Positions 28,478 through 38,172 of a DNA stretch of 47,676 nt are shown piece by piece; the first letter of the stretch is position 1, and each line of letters opens with the position of its first letter. Made by a program: the position numbers and the translations under genes. A model generated the notes under the pieces. The model was not told where the DNA came from and made no database searches. It worked only from the letters and a program-made list of their open reading frames with translations. Source of the stretch: Robiginitomaculum sp. (lineage in GTDB: Bacteria; Pseudomonadota; Alphaproteobacteria; Caulobacterales; Maricaulaceae); assembly GCA_036478975.1 (NCBI GenBank), contig JAZGFA010000013.1, positions 1 through 47,676 on the forward strand, given 5' to 3'.

Positions 28478-29461
28478 CTAGCTAAACGGCGCGGCCGGAT
28501 CATTGCCTTGGTGCCATTTTACCACGTAACTGCCAATGCCTGAAATACATAAGTAGAAAAGTGCGGCAATGGCGGCATAGGCCGTAATTGACAGAACGGC
28601 GGCTAAAATCACCAATGGGTTTTTAAGACGCTGCGCGGCGCCCTCTATCATAGCCGTGACATCTGCGCTATCCCCCATCCCGCTCATCGCCGTGGATGCA
28701 CCCTCGCCAAGCACGGCCATCATGCCGAGTGACATAATGATATTCATCACGATAGATCCGCCAAGCATCACAACAAGATAAGCGCCAAATATTGGCCAAA
28801 ATTTTCCCTTACTCACGGCCAAAGCGGAGCGTAAACGCGGCTCCCCCTTAAGCACGGATAAACCCGCCGCAGGTAATAACCGCATGGGGTAATATATTAT
28901 CGCCCCAAGCATGACCAATGTTCCAATTAGCACAAAAATTGCCGCCAAAGCAGATGATATCGCGCCCATAGCAACGGTTATAAAGCCCATAGCAATACTG
29001 CCGAGAAAGGTAATCGCCATAAAAATTCCAAAAACCCCAAGCTGGGCTAAAAACACCTTAAACTCATCCCCGCCTAGGGCGATAGGACGGCCGCTATATT
29101 CCGTGCCCAAAAGAGTTTTGCGGTGCAAAGCCGCCTCGCCCATAATCCACGTCGCCCACATACCGATTGTTAAAAGTAAATAGCTGGGCCAAATGGATTT
29201 CAAAACAGGCTTTAGCGTAGAAAATGTATCACCATCAGGTAAGCCGCCGCCCATTATCATCGCCATATAATCCGTAAGCCAAATTAGATATTGCCCGTAA
29301 GCGGGCGCAATAAATGGCAAGGCAATTAATAGGGTAATCACCATAGGCACGGCGGTCCAAAACCAAAGCCTGCGGCCAAACTCCGCCCCGCCGCTGGTTT
29401 GAAAGGGCTGGGTTATGGCGGCGCCAAAATCAAATGGTGTGTTCATGGTAATGTCCCTCAT
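28478..29461 (-). CDS. Multi-pass membrane protein of unknown function (paralog of 27447-28448)
   Basis: PFDF...PF, LGGDEFKVFL, MRLLP, SKGKFWPIF, LKNPLVI. Confidence 0.8.
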   Translation of the reverse strand: MRDITMNTPFDFGAAITQPFQTSGGAEFGRRLWFWTAVPMVITLLIALPFIAPAYGQYLIWLTDYMAMIMGGGLPDGDTFSTLKPVLKSIWPSYLLLTIGMWATWIMGEAALHRKTLLGTEYSGRPIALGGDEFKVFLAQLGVFGIFMAITFLGSIAMGFITVAMGAISSALAAIFVLIGTLVMLGAIIYYPMRLLPAAGLSVLKGEPRLRSALAVSKGKFWPIFGAYLVVMLGGSIVMNIIMSLGMMAVLGEGASTAMSGMGDSADVTAMIEGAAQRLKNPLVILAAVLSITAYAAIAALFYLCISGIGSYVVKWHQGNDPAAPFS

Positions 29462-29567
29462 TATGCTGGCGTCATAGTGGCAAAAGTCGCGTTTAGATGC
29501 AAGGTAGAGATATAGATATACACGCTTTGCCCTTGCCCCCGCGCGCGCCCTGCCTTACATCGCCCCC

Positions 29568-30959
29568 ATGAGAAAAACACAGACCCCAAAACCCGTTCAC
29601 ATTATTGGCGCCGGCCTTGCTGGCTCCGAAGCGGCGTGGCAGATTGCCTCGCGCGGCGTGCCGGTTATCCTCCACGAAATGCGGCCGCTGCGCAAAACCG
29701 ACGCCCATCAAGGCGAGGACTTTGCCGAGCTTGTTTGCTCCAATTCCTTTCGTAGTGACGATAAATACGGCAATGCGGTGGGTTTGCTGCATGAGGAAAT
29801 GCGCCTCGCCAATTCTTTGATAATGGGCATGGCGGACATGACCAAATTGCCAGCCGGCGGGGCACTAGCCGTAGACCGTGACGCCTTCGCGGATGCGGTC
29901 AGCACGATACTGCGCGCTCACCCGCTCATCACGGTGGAGCTAGGCGAAATTAAGGGCCTTCCGCCTAAATCTTGGGGCCAGACGATTATCGCCACAGGCC
30001 CGCTGACCTCTCCGGCTTTAGCTAAGGATATTTTGAAAACTACCGGCGTTGATAGCCTTGCATTTTTCGACGCGATTGCGCCGATTATCTATAAGGACAG
30101 CATTAATTTTGACATTGCGTGGATGCAAAGCCGCTATGACAAAAAAGGTCCGGGCGGAGACGGGGCCGACTATATTAATTGCCCGCTCGACAAGCCGCAA
30201 TATGAGCGCTTCATCGCCGCCCTCGTCGAGAGCGAGCAGACCGAGTTTAAGGACTGGGAGAAGGACACGCCCTATTTTGAAAGCTGCCTTCCGATTGAAG
30301 TTATGGCGACGCGCGGCATTGAGACTTTGCGCTGGGGGCCGATGAAGCCCGTGGGCCTCACCAACCCCCATGACCCGCTGGTCAAATCCCACGCCATCGT
30401 GCAATTGCGCCAAGATAATGCGCTCGGCACGCTGTATAATATGGTCGGGTTTCAAACCAAGATGAAATATGGCGCGCAGGCGGAAATCCTCAAAACTATT
30501 CCGGGGTTAGAAAACGCGGTCTTTGCTCGCCTTGGCGGCATCCACCGCAACACATTTATCAATTCTCCGGAGTTATTAAACGGTCAATTACAATTAAAAG
30601 GCCGCAAGGATTTGCGCTTTGCCGGACAAATTATGGGCGTCGAAGGCTATGTGGAAAGCGCCGCCCTTGGCCTGATTGCCGGCCGCTACGCCGCCGCGCA
30701 GGCTCTCGGCAATGTGGCCGCCCCGCCGCCGCGCACCACGGCCATGGGCGCTTTGATAGAGCATGTCACCGGCGGCTTTATGTCCGGATCAAAGGCGAAG
30801 TTTCAGCCTATGAACGTCAATTTCGGCCTGTTCCCGCCGATTGAGGGCATCGTCTATAAAGGCCCGAACGGCGAACGTATGCGCGGGAAAAGCAAAGTCC
30901 GCCACCGCAAAGCGCTGTTTGCCAAACGGGCCTTAGTTGACATTAAGGGCTGGGTTTAG
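29568..30959 (+). CDS. trmFO: Folate/FAD-dependent tRNA m5U54 methyltransferase
   Basis: [64 protein letters not shown]. Confidence 0.97.
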   Translation: MRKTQTPKPVHIIGAGLAGSEAAWQIASRGVPVILHEMRPLRKTDAHQGEDFAELVCSNSFRSDDKYGNAVGLLHEEMRLANSLIMGMADMTKLPAGGALAVDRDAFADAVSTILRAHPLITVELGEIKGLPPKSWGQTIIATGPLTSPALAKDILKTTGVDSLAFFDAIAPIIYKDSINFDIAWMQSRYDKKGPGGDGADYINCPLDKPQYERFIAALVESEQTEFKDWEKDTPYFESCLPIEVMATRGIETLRWGPMKPVGLTNPHDPLVKSHAIVQLRQDNALGTLYNMVGFQTKMKYGAQAEILKTIPGLENAVFARLGGIHRNTFINSPELLNGQLQLKGRKDLRFAGQIMGVEGYVESAALGLIAGRYAAAQALGNVAAPPPRTTAMGALIEHVTGGFMSGSKAKFQPMNVNFGLFPPIEGIVYKGPNGERMRGKSKVRHRKALFAKRALVDIKGWV

Positions 30960-32724
30960 TGCTATCCAAAAGCAGGATGACATTGAGCGTATAATTATCC
31001 TCAAGCGCGGTTCCCCATGATTGAGCACCGGTCACCACTATTGCCAAGGTTCCGCCGTCCGTCACGCCGATTGCGTAAGGCGTCGCGCTAAGCAAATAAT
31101 CATTTCCGTCTTTCGCCAGCCTCTCGCGCCACTTTGCAAAGTCAAACCGCGCCACTTCTTTTCCGCCAAGCGATACAATTATGACAGTATTATTCGACGA
31201 CTTTATCGTATAAGCAGAATTCGCATTTTCCTCATCCGTCCAACGCTTATGCACATTATATCGCCCTAAAAATCCATCGTAATTTGAAACGTCAACAATA
31301 CCCTCTATCGCTTTAAACTTTGGCTGAACCGGCCCAGCATTATTCATTCTCAGCCGCCGCGCAATTCTATCGTTAAATGTCCAGCGCGTTACTTCCGTTT
31401 CGCCTTCCGTCTCAAACAATTCATCCCCTTGCGAAAACTGCGCCCGCACCCATTTTTCCTCCCCGTGCTGGTAGAGATATTTCATGCCGGAGAGTTTACG
31501 GTGCGCGCTTTCATCGGGAACCTTAATATCAATAGCGGGCTTGATAAAACCGTCCGCGCCGCGCAAATCCATCGCCGCGATAGCGTCCATCACGCGCGCT
31601 TTTTGATTGATATTGGATAGACCCACTGCGCCCCATGGCCCAATAGAACAGACCGCAAAGAGCAGCGCCGCAAAGCTTGGGATAAGCCGTAAATCCGGCC
31701 CGCTCTTACGGCGCACAATATACCAAGCCGCAACAACTAATGCCCAAATCACGCCGATGACCAAAAGATAGCGCTTCATGGTTAAGCCATGCTCGCCTAT
31801 GCGAATAGAGGTCGAAATCGCCAGCAATATCGCCGCCGGTATCATCGCCCAAAACCAAACCGCTCGGAAAGTTTTGGCGAGCCATTTTTCGCGAATAAAT
31901 GGCGGGTCTAATATCAACCATGTCAGAGTGCCGATGATTAAAAACGGCGTCACCAGTAATGCGGTTTCGCCGTCCGGCAGCGCGCCATTGCTAATAATTT
32001 TCACCAAATAGGCGAGCAATATCACCGCAAATATCAGCACAAGCGGCGCCAGCAGCCATACGCCCATAAAGGCAATCGCCCGCGAGATAAAACTAGGATT
32101 ACGCAGGCTGTCATCGAGCTCTGTCCTAGGGTCGGCAATGGTCGACATCCAATAGAGCGGCGCAAGGCCTGACAGGGCGATAGGCATGAGCCAATCAAAG
32201 GCGAGGTCTTTAATATTAAAACCAAATAGTTTTTTCATCGCCTCGACAATAAACATAAGCCCAAGGGCAAATAGGATTGACCCTAAAACCGTAAAGATAA
32301 CCCCGGTCCATATCCGGTGGGTGAAATCCCAAATTTTGACGTTTTTAGTGGCATCATCCCCGCGCCGAAAAAATGGCGCACTGCCGAGATACAGCACGGC
32401 GGCAGTAATCGCCATCCACGGATTAAACCGCAAAGCTTCGTGGAAATAACAGGCAAGCAAGGCCAGTAAAACCGCGCCTATATGTAAAAGCTTTGACGCC
32501 GGTTTTTCGCGCCCTTCATTGGCCAGTGAAAATATTAGCGACACATAACCCGCAAGCACTGGGCCGGAATAAAGCCGCAAAGCCTGCGCGTAATCGGGCC
32601 TAGTCTGGATACAATATAAAACCGCGATGGTAAGCAATACCGCCATAAGCACAGCAAGCGGAAAGCGCTTAAACACCGTAGTTAGGTCATCACTTAATTT
32701 TTCAGATGGGTTTATATCGGGCAT
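30943..32724 (-). CDS. DUF4153-like membrane protein
   Basis: KRFPLAV N-terminus, many TM helices, [23 protein letters not shown]; 3' end overlaps trmFO. Confidence 0.72.
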   Translation of the reverse strand: MPDINPSEKLSDDLTTVFKRFPLAVLMAVLLTIAVLYCIQTRPDYAQALRLYSGPVLAGYVSLIFSLANEGREKPASKLLHIGAVLLALLACYFHEALRFNPWMAITAAVLYLGSAPFFRRGDDATKNVKIWDFTHRIWTGVIFTVLGSILFALGLMFIVEAMKKLFGFNIKDLAFDWLMPIALSGLAPLYWMSTIADPRTELDDSLRNPSFISRAIAFMGVWLLAPLVLIFAVILLAYLVKIISNGALPDGETALLVTPFLIIGTLTWLILDPPFIREKWLAKTFRAVWFWAMIPAAILLAISTSIRIGEHGLTMKRYLLVIGVIWALVVAAWYIVRRKSGPDLRLIPSFAALLFAVCSIGPWGAVGLSNINQKARVMDAIAAMDLRGADGFIKPAIDIKVPDESAHRKLSGMKYLYQHGEEKWVRAQFSQGDELFETEGETEVTRWTFNDRIARRLRMNNAGPVQPKFKAIEGIVDVSNYDGFLGRYNVHKRWTDEENANSAYTIKSSNNTVIIVSLGGKEVARFDFAKWRERLAKDGNDYLLSATPYAIGVTDGGTLAIVVTGAQSWGTALEDNYTLNVILLLDSTKPSP

Positions 32725-32744
32725 ATTATATCCAATTGCTGTGG

Positions 32745-33269
32745 TTAGTTATTCTGGTTTACGGGCGATTGCGCCACGATAATTTCAAAGTTCTCATCCG
32801 CTAGGCCAATGAGCATGGCATTGCCGTAGCCATCGACTTTAAACACGCCGTAATCCGCGTCTTCAAAAGCCTCCGCCGTGCCCTCTTCAAAAAAGTAACG
32901 CGCGCCACCATAAGGAGCGCGACTATTATCAGTAAATTTCATAGTGATTACGTCTTTATGTTCGCGCGCCGCTTGGTCACTGAGACGCAAAAAACTGCCG
33001 ACGCCATTTTCGTCAAGGCTGAGCACGGCTATGCCCTTTGGTGGCAATTCATCATCGCCTTCAACTTTCGGGCGAGCGCTTTGCGCATAAGCCAGCGCCA
33101 TAAAATCCCCCTGCATAAAAGCGCGCGGATCAACGGGGCGCAGGGGGAGCAGCACTTGATGCGGACTTAAGCGGAGAAACTCCATCGCCTTTATATGGTT
33201 AGTAAAATAGCCGAGCATAAACACAAGGCCCGCCGCGATCACGCCCATTCGTAATATTTTCATCTTCAT
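32745..33269 (-). CDS. GDYXXLXY-family protein
   Basis: V.LPLRPVDPRAFMQGDFMALAY, RYFFEEG, FKVD..G.A.L.GL. Confidence 0.88.
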   Translation of the reverse strand: MKMKILRMGVIAAGLVFMLGYFTNHIKAMEFLRLSPHQVLLPLRPVDPRAFMQGDFMALAYAQSARPKVEGDDELPPKGIAVLSLDENGVGSFLRLSDQAAREHKDVITMKFTDNSRAPYGGARYFFEEGTAEAFEDADYGVFKVDGYGNAMLIGLADENFEIIVAQSPVNQNN

Positions 33270-35356
33270 GATATCGCCTCCAACTTATTACTCTTGCGGG
33301 CAAATATTGCCCAAATGCCAAGAAATATCGCGCCGGTCACCGCCAGTAATATCGACTTATTAAGCAGGCTTATCGACATCTCGTAATAGAACATGGTGAG
33401 GAAATAAATTTGCAACAATACCCCGACTATGGCGAGGGAGCGCGAGCCTAATATATAGCCCGTGACAATGGTCAACAAAGCCGCCGCCCCGCCTAGCGGC
33501 ATTAGCGCCATGGCGAGGGTTAGCGGGATAAGCGCAAATAATGGCGGGCGCAGGCTCTGTGATTTGGTCACGCGGTTAAGATAGATAATCGCGGCGAGCA
33601 TAATCGCCATGGAGGCCAGTATTTGTGCCCATGGGTGGGGGGGGTGAAAGTCTGGACCGTTATAATACAGAGCCTTACTGCCCCAAAAAATTGCGAAAAT
33701 CACAGGTGACACAAGGAAAGCAGAGCCCGCCGCATCGTAAAGCCTTTTGCCGAAGGGCTGGGTTAATAGGCCTATGCCCAGCGCGGTGCAGATAAGGCTC
33801 ATCATGATAAAGGGCATGGGGACGCGCCAGAAAAACAGCAAAAACGCAAGCGAGCCGGTAATGCCCGCCGCCATCAGAAATTCCATAATCCGGTCACGTA
33901 CTAAAAATAGCGTCAAAGTCGATACGCCCATGGCCGCAATGCCTAGGCCGGCTTCCTCACCGTCAATCATCAGGATAATACCGCCAAGCAAAACCATGCC
34001 CCCGGAGAGTATCACAGTATTGAGCATGTGGCGGGCGAACATATGATCGGTTTTGCGGCGCAAAAACACGCCGGCGCCGTAAATAGCCGCGCCAAAAACC
34101 GCCACGGCGGGCGGGCTGTCTACCGAAAGAACCACGGCGAGCAGGAAGCCAAAAAACAAAATGCCCATAATCGCAGTGAGCACCCCGCCTATGCCAAGAA
34201 ACATATCAATATACCATGGGGTCGGGGCCTGCGTATTGGCCAAAAGGCTCTCCCCAAGGGCCGCGCTATCGACGTCAATATGGGCGGCTAAATCAATTGT
34301 GGTTTTCGCGGCAATATCATCGTCAAGGATTGGCGTATCATCTTCGGGCCGTTTACTGCGCCTTTTGCCAAAGCGTTTATTGAAATAACCCAGCGCAAAG
34401 GCGAGCGCGGTCGTCACCCCGGCAAACCACAAAAAGACCGTAAGAAAGCCGCCTACGTCATCAAAACCATGCGCCGTGAACACTTTAAGCCCGAGCTGAC
34501 CCGCCATGGTGCTAATCCCGAATGCGGCGAGCGAGAGCGTGGCTACGCTCGGTTTATATTTATACAGATAGGCGGTCAGAGCGCCGATTAGGCTGATAGA
34601 CAGCAAAGAGAGTATCATATGGCCACCATCGCGGCCAAAGTCCCAAAACCCTTCGGTAAAGCCGATAAAGGCAAAGAGTATCGCCCCGAAAATCAGTAAA
34701 AGACGAAACCACTCAACGCCGACTTTATCCTTTTTGATAAACCAATCATAGAGCACTAGCGCCCCAACACATTCCGCCGCGAGCCAAACATGCAAAGCAT
34801 TACCGGTAAAGTCACCATGGAAATGCCGCACACCTTCATTGATAAAGGCAAAACAAGCGATACAGGCAATGATAAGCCAAACCGCCCAATGGCCATGGCT
34901 TTTGGAGGCGACGACAAAGGGCACGGTCAGCATGGCCCAGAGAACAAATGGCGTATAAATGGCCACGGGCGTTTGGTAAATCTGCCCAAATACGGCGAGA
35001 AACACTCCGGTCAATATGGTCGCGCCAATGCCAAAGGCGCGGGCGGGCGGGCTATCAAGGCGCAAGACGAGCCAGCCTAAAACGCAAGCGGCAATGGCGG
35101 CCGCGACAAGGCCCAATTTATGCATCGGGGCTATATCCGCCCAATTATAGGCAAAGAAAAACATAATGCCCGAGAGCACATGCCCTACCCCAAGCGCGAG
35201 CAGCGCGGCCAGCGACCACTTCATCCAAGCGGGGCCGTCGCGGAAAAATCCTAGGGCCGAAGAATAATGGCTGCGGTCAATGACCCCGCCCTTGATAAAG
35301 CCACGAAGGTCATCGCCCTCAACGTGCGTTGGGGTATTAGGGCCAGTTTTCGTCAT
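33266..35356 (-). CDS. Fused DUF2157-DUF4401 membrane protein
   Basis: N-half SGIMFFFAYNW..I..HKL and A.FGQIYQT (DUF2157-like); C-half PWYIDMFLGIGG and FYYEMSISLLNKSILL..TG (DUF4401-like). Confidence 0.78.
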   Translation of the reverse strand: MTKTGPNTPTHVEGDDLRGFIKGGVIDRSHYSSALGFFRDGPAWMKWSLAALLALGVGHVLSGIMFFFAYNWADIAPMHKLGLVAAAIAACVLGWLVLRLDSPPARAFGIGATILTGVFLAVFGQIYQTPVAIYTPFVLWAMLTVPFVVASKSHGHWAVWLIIACIACFAFINEGVRHFHGDFTGNALHVWLAAECVGALVLYDWFIKKDKVGVEWFRLLLIFGAILFAFIGFTEGFWDFGRDGGHMILSLLSISLIGALTAYLYKYKPSVATLSLAAFGISTMAGQLGLKVFTAHGFDDVGGFLTVFLWFAGVTTALAFALGYFNKRFGKRRSKRPEDDTPILDDDIAAKTTIDLAAHIDVDSAALGESLLANTQAPTPWYIDMFLGIGGVLTAIMGILFFGFLLAVVLSVDSPPAVAVFGAAIYGAGVFLRRKTDHMFARHMLNTVILSGGMVLLGGIILMIDGEEAGLGIAAMGVSTLTLFLVRDRIMEFLMAAGITGSLAFLLFFWRVPMPFIMMSLICTALGIGLLTQPFGKRLYDAAGSAFLVSPVIFAIFWGSKALYYNGPDFHPPHPWAQILASMAIMLAAIIYLNRVTKSQSLRPPLFALIPLTLAMALMPLGGAAALLTIVTGYILGSRSLAIVGVLLQIYFLTMFYYEMSISLLNKSILLAVTGAIFLGIWAIFARKSNKLEAIS

Positions 35357-35373
35357 AGACTCACCTCTGTTTT

Positions 35374-36144
35374 TTAAAGCCTAGCCGTAAGCACGGCGCG
35401 CATCAAGCGCATCTGCTTGGCGAGCGGGCCGTAGGACACGGGCGCTTCTAGCGGTTTAAAGCCGCCGCTCATTTTGGACAGATATTTAGGCACAAGCGCG
35501 CCGTAAGCGAGGGCGGGCATAATCTCTGCGGGAATTTTTCCTAGGCCATCGCGCGCGCGGGCGTGGGCATCCCGCGCGGCGTCGGTAATGTCGGTAAATT
35601 CTAACCCCGACAACATGCCAGTTTGGTAATATTTAAACGCCCGCGCCAGTCCGATAAGCCCCCACGCCGTGCCCGCCTCGAGTATCGCGTCGGTTTGCTG
35701 GGCCGATAGGTGCAGCTTCGGCGCGGCCATGCGCGCGGCGATTTGCATAAGCTGGCCTGACGTGGCCGCGCTATAATCAATCGCCGCCGCTATCGTGGCA
35801 AAGGGGCGCGGGTCGAGGTCACGCTCGCGCCCGTCAATCAGCGCGTCAATCCATGCGCGCGGCGCGGCGGCGGTTTTAATATGGGCGCTAAGCGGAGCGG
35901 CGACTTCGTGCTGACGTACGGGTTTGCCCTCATATATTTCGCCGATAGCCTCGCGCCACCATTGATAACGGATAGCGCCAATCATCGGCTCGGAGACATA
36001 TTCGGGGATTTTCGCTAGCTCGGCGTGAAAACCGTAAAGGGTCAAAAGGCGACCCCGCGCGCCAGCGTCAGCAAAAAGCGCCGCGCGGTACCGGTCCGGG
36101 TCTTTGTTTTTAACAGAATCAATAAATGTAAGGACGGGAGCCAT
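35374..36144 (-). CDS. Squalene/phytoene synthase-like protein (NDUFAF6-like)
   Basis: DPDRY.A.LFA, LY.FH.ELA.IP..VSEPMIG.IRYQWWRE, LIDGRE.DL; no DDxxD motif. Confidence 0.88.
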   Translation of the reverse strand: MAPVLTFIDSVKNKDPDRYRAALFADAGARGRLLTLYGFHAELAKIPEYVSEPMIGAIRYQWWREAIGEIYEGKPVRQHEVAAPLSAHIKTAAAPRAWIDALIDGRERDLDPRPFATIAAAIDYSAATSGQLMQIAARMAAPKLHLSAQQTDAILEAGTAWGLIGLARAFKYYQTGMLSGLEFTDITDAARDAHARARDGLGKIPAEIMPALAYGALVPKYLSKMSGGFKPLEAPVSYGPLAKQMRLMRAVLTARL

Positions 36145-36200
36145 AATGTTTGATAGTATAGATGGGAGTAAAATTCACTAGAAAAGAAAGAGGACTGATT

Positions 36201-36401
36201 ATGAAACTTCTATCGCGTTTCGCGGCCATTGCCGCATTATTTACTGCGGCAAGCCCCGCATTTGCCCACCATGCGGAGAGCGGAGCCAGTACAGCGCAAA
36301 CCGTTTTACATTGGCTCGCTAATCCCGTTCACGCAGTGCCTGTTCTCGGCGCACTCGTCCTAGCGGCCTACGCCGTAAAATCCCGCCGTCAGCGCGGTTA
36401 A
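36201..36401 (+). CDS. 66-aa mini HupE/UreJ-like membrane peptide (putative Ni-binding)
   Basis: GAGGA RBS, signal peptide ending AFA/HH, H-x6-H motif (HWLANPVH), one TM helix and a basic tail; 12 nt before sodN. Confidence 0.7.
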   Translation: MKLLSRFAAIAALFTAASPAFAHHAESGASTAQTVLHWLANPVHAVPVLGALVLAAYAVKSRRQRG

Positions 36402-36413
36402 AGGAGACTTATT

Positions 36414-36890
36414 ATGTTTGATAAATTGATTTCAAAACTCGACACGGCGTCAGCCCATTGCGACATTCCTTGCGGCATTTATGATCCGCAGCCTGCCCTG
36501 TATCACGCCCTGTCTACCGTGCGCCAAATGGACATTTTGATTGGCCTAAAAGACAAGGAAATGAATGTACACACGGCCATGCAAGTCGCCCGCAACACAG
36601 CGGAAAAAGACAAGCAGGCGGAAAAGGTCAAAGCCGAAATTCGCATCATTTGGGGCGATTTCATCAAAGGTGATAACCTTAAAAACAATCCAAAGGCCCA
36701 TGACCTTACCCATAAGATTATGATGAAGGCTTCATCGTGTAAGCAGGATTTGCACCGCGAAGATGGCGAAGCGCTTGTCGAATTGTGCAATGAATTTGCG
36801 GAAATGTTTTGGGCTATGAAAGGCGTTAAAACCAAGCGCGTTACCGCCCCCTACGCTCCGGCCCTTGAAGTTGTCTATCCGGACCTTTAA
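36414..36890 (+). CDS. sodN: Nickel superoxide dismutase precursor
   Basis: 14-aa leader then the Ni-hook HCDIPCGIYDP; IIWGDFIK, FAEMFW; AAGGAG RBS. Confidence 0.96.
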   Translation: MFDKLISKLDTASAHCDIPCGIYDPQPALYHALSTVRQMDILIGLKDKEMNVHTAMQVARNTAEKDKQAEKVKAEIRIIWGDFIKGDNLKNNPKAHDLTHKIMMKASSCKQDLHREDGEALVELCNEFAEMFWAMKGVKTKRVTAPYAPALEVVYPDL

Positions 36891-36898
36891 GGCGCGCA

Positions 36899-37198
36899 AT
36901 GTTTAAGCTAGTCAAGGTCACGGGCGATAGCATGTCCCCTAGCCTTGAGCATGGCGACATTGTTCTCACCGTAAAAACAAAGCCTCAAGCGTTACGCTTG
37001 GGGCTTATTTATGTCATCAACCATAGTGATTTAGGCCGCATTATAAAGCGTGTCAGCGCTATGAATGGTAATCGCTATCTCTTAGCAGGTGATAATCCCG
37101 CTTCCACCCCCAGCGCCGTTATCGGCCCCGTAGAGGGCGCGCGCATAAACCGGCGCGCTATCGCCGCATTAGGCTCCCAAGGCTTTCGCAGATTATGA
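36899..37198 (+). CDS. sodX: NiSOD maturation peptidase (S24/S26-like)
   Basis: V.GDSMSPSL..GD, IIKRV, AGDN...S; directly after sodN. Confidence 0.9.
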   Translation: MFKLVKVTGDSMSPSLEHGDIVLTVKTKPQALRLGLIYVINHSDLGRIIKRVSAMNGNRYLLAGDNPASTPSAVIGPVEGARINRRAIAALGSQGFRRL

Positions 37199-38152
37199 CT
37201 CGCTGGACGGGCCACTGCGATTAACGCCAAGCGCTAGTAGGAGCGGCGACGCGACGAAGATAGACGAATAGGTCCCGACAAATACGCCCCATATCATCGC
37301 AAAGGAGAAGCCGCGCAAACCGGCTCCGCCCAAAACATAAAGCGATAGCAAGGCGAGAAGCGTCGTGACAGAGGTCAAAATCGTCCGTGATAGCGTGTCA
37401 TTAATCGACAGGTTTAGCACTTCACCGAGCGGTCTTTTCTTATATTTTCGTAGATTCTCCCTGATGCGGTCATAAACAATCACCGTATCATTGAGCGAGT
37501 ACCCCACAATCGTCAAAATCGCCGCGACAATAGCCAGGCTAAACTCCATTTGTGTTAAGGAAAACACCCCAATTGTCAGGGTCACATCATGGGCCAGAGC
37601 CAATACCGCGCCGAGGGCAAATTGCCACTCAAACCGAATCCAAATATAGATAAGCACCATAGAGAGAGCCGCAACAACGGAAATAATCCCCTTACGGCGT
37701 AGCTCGCCCGACACTTTAGAGCCCAGCACGCTGGAACTCATTTGATCAAGCTTTACGCCGAAATTTTCAGACAGGGCGGCTTGCACTTTGGTCAGCGCGT
37801 CCTGTTGCACCTGCGCATCATCTTCGCCCTCAGCCGGGGTTTGGCGCGGGAAGGATAGACGCACGCCCGGAATGTCTTGATTAGGACGCGAAATGGTTTG
37901 CACCTGCACGTCGCCAACATTGAGGGAATTGCCGAGGGTTCGAATCGCGTCAACATCGGGGGTTTCCTCCATCGGAAACTCAATCACCGCGCCGCCGACA
38001 AAATCGATGCCGTAATTAAGCCCGCGCGTGGAGAACAAGAATATCGACGCGATAATCGCTATCACCGACAAAACCGCCGCAACCATCCGCATGCCGATAA
38101 AAGGCACTTTAGACGCGCTAGGCAGGAAACGAACTAATGAAATATCGCGCAT
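37193..38152 (-). CDS. secF: Protein translocase subunit SecF
   Basis: GLNYGIDFVGG, YIWIRFEW, GYSLNDTVIVYDRIREN, TLSRT, GTYSSIFVA. Confidence 0.97.
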   Translation of the reverse strand: MRDISLVRFLPSASKVPFIGMRMVAAVLSVIAIIASIFLFSTRGLNYGIDFVGGAVIEFPMEETPDVDAIRTLGNSLNVGDVQVQTISRPNQDIPGVRLSFPRQTPAEGEDDAQVQQDALTKVQAALSENFGVKLDQMSSSVLGSKVSGELRRKGIISVVAALSMVLIYIWIRFEWQFALGAVLALAHDVTLTIGVFSLTQMEFSLAIVAAILTIVGYSLNDTVIVYDRIRENLRKYKKRPLGEVLNLSINDTLSRTILTSVTTLLALLSLYVLGGAGLRGFSFAMIWGVFVGTYSSIFVASPLLLALGVNRSGPSSES

Positions 38153-38172
38153 GGCAATCTCCTAAATCGGGC

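Noticed and set aside
35374-36144. Carotenoid or hopanoid biosynthesis locus
   Set aside because: The protein lacks DDxxD motifs and no crt or hpn genes are adjacent; context fits the NDUFAF6-like family
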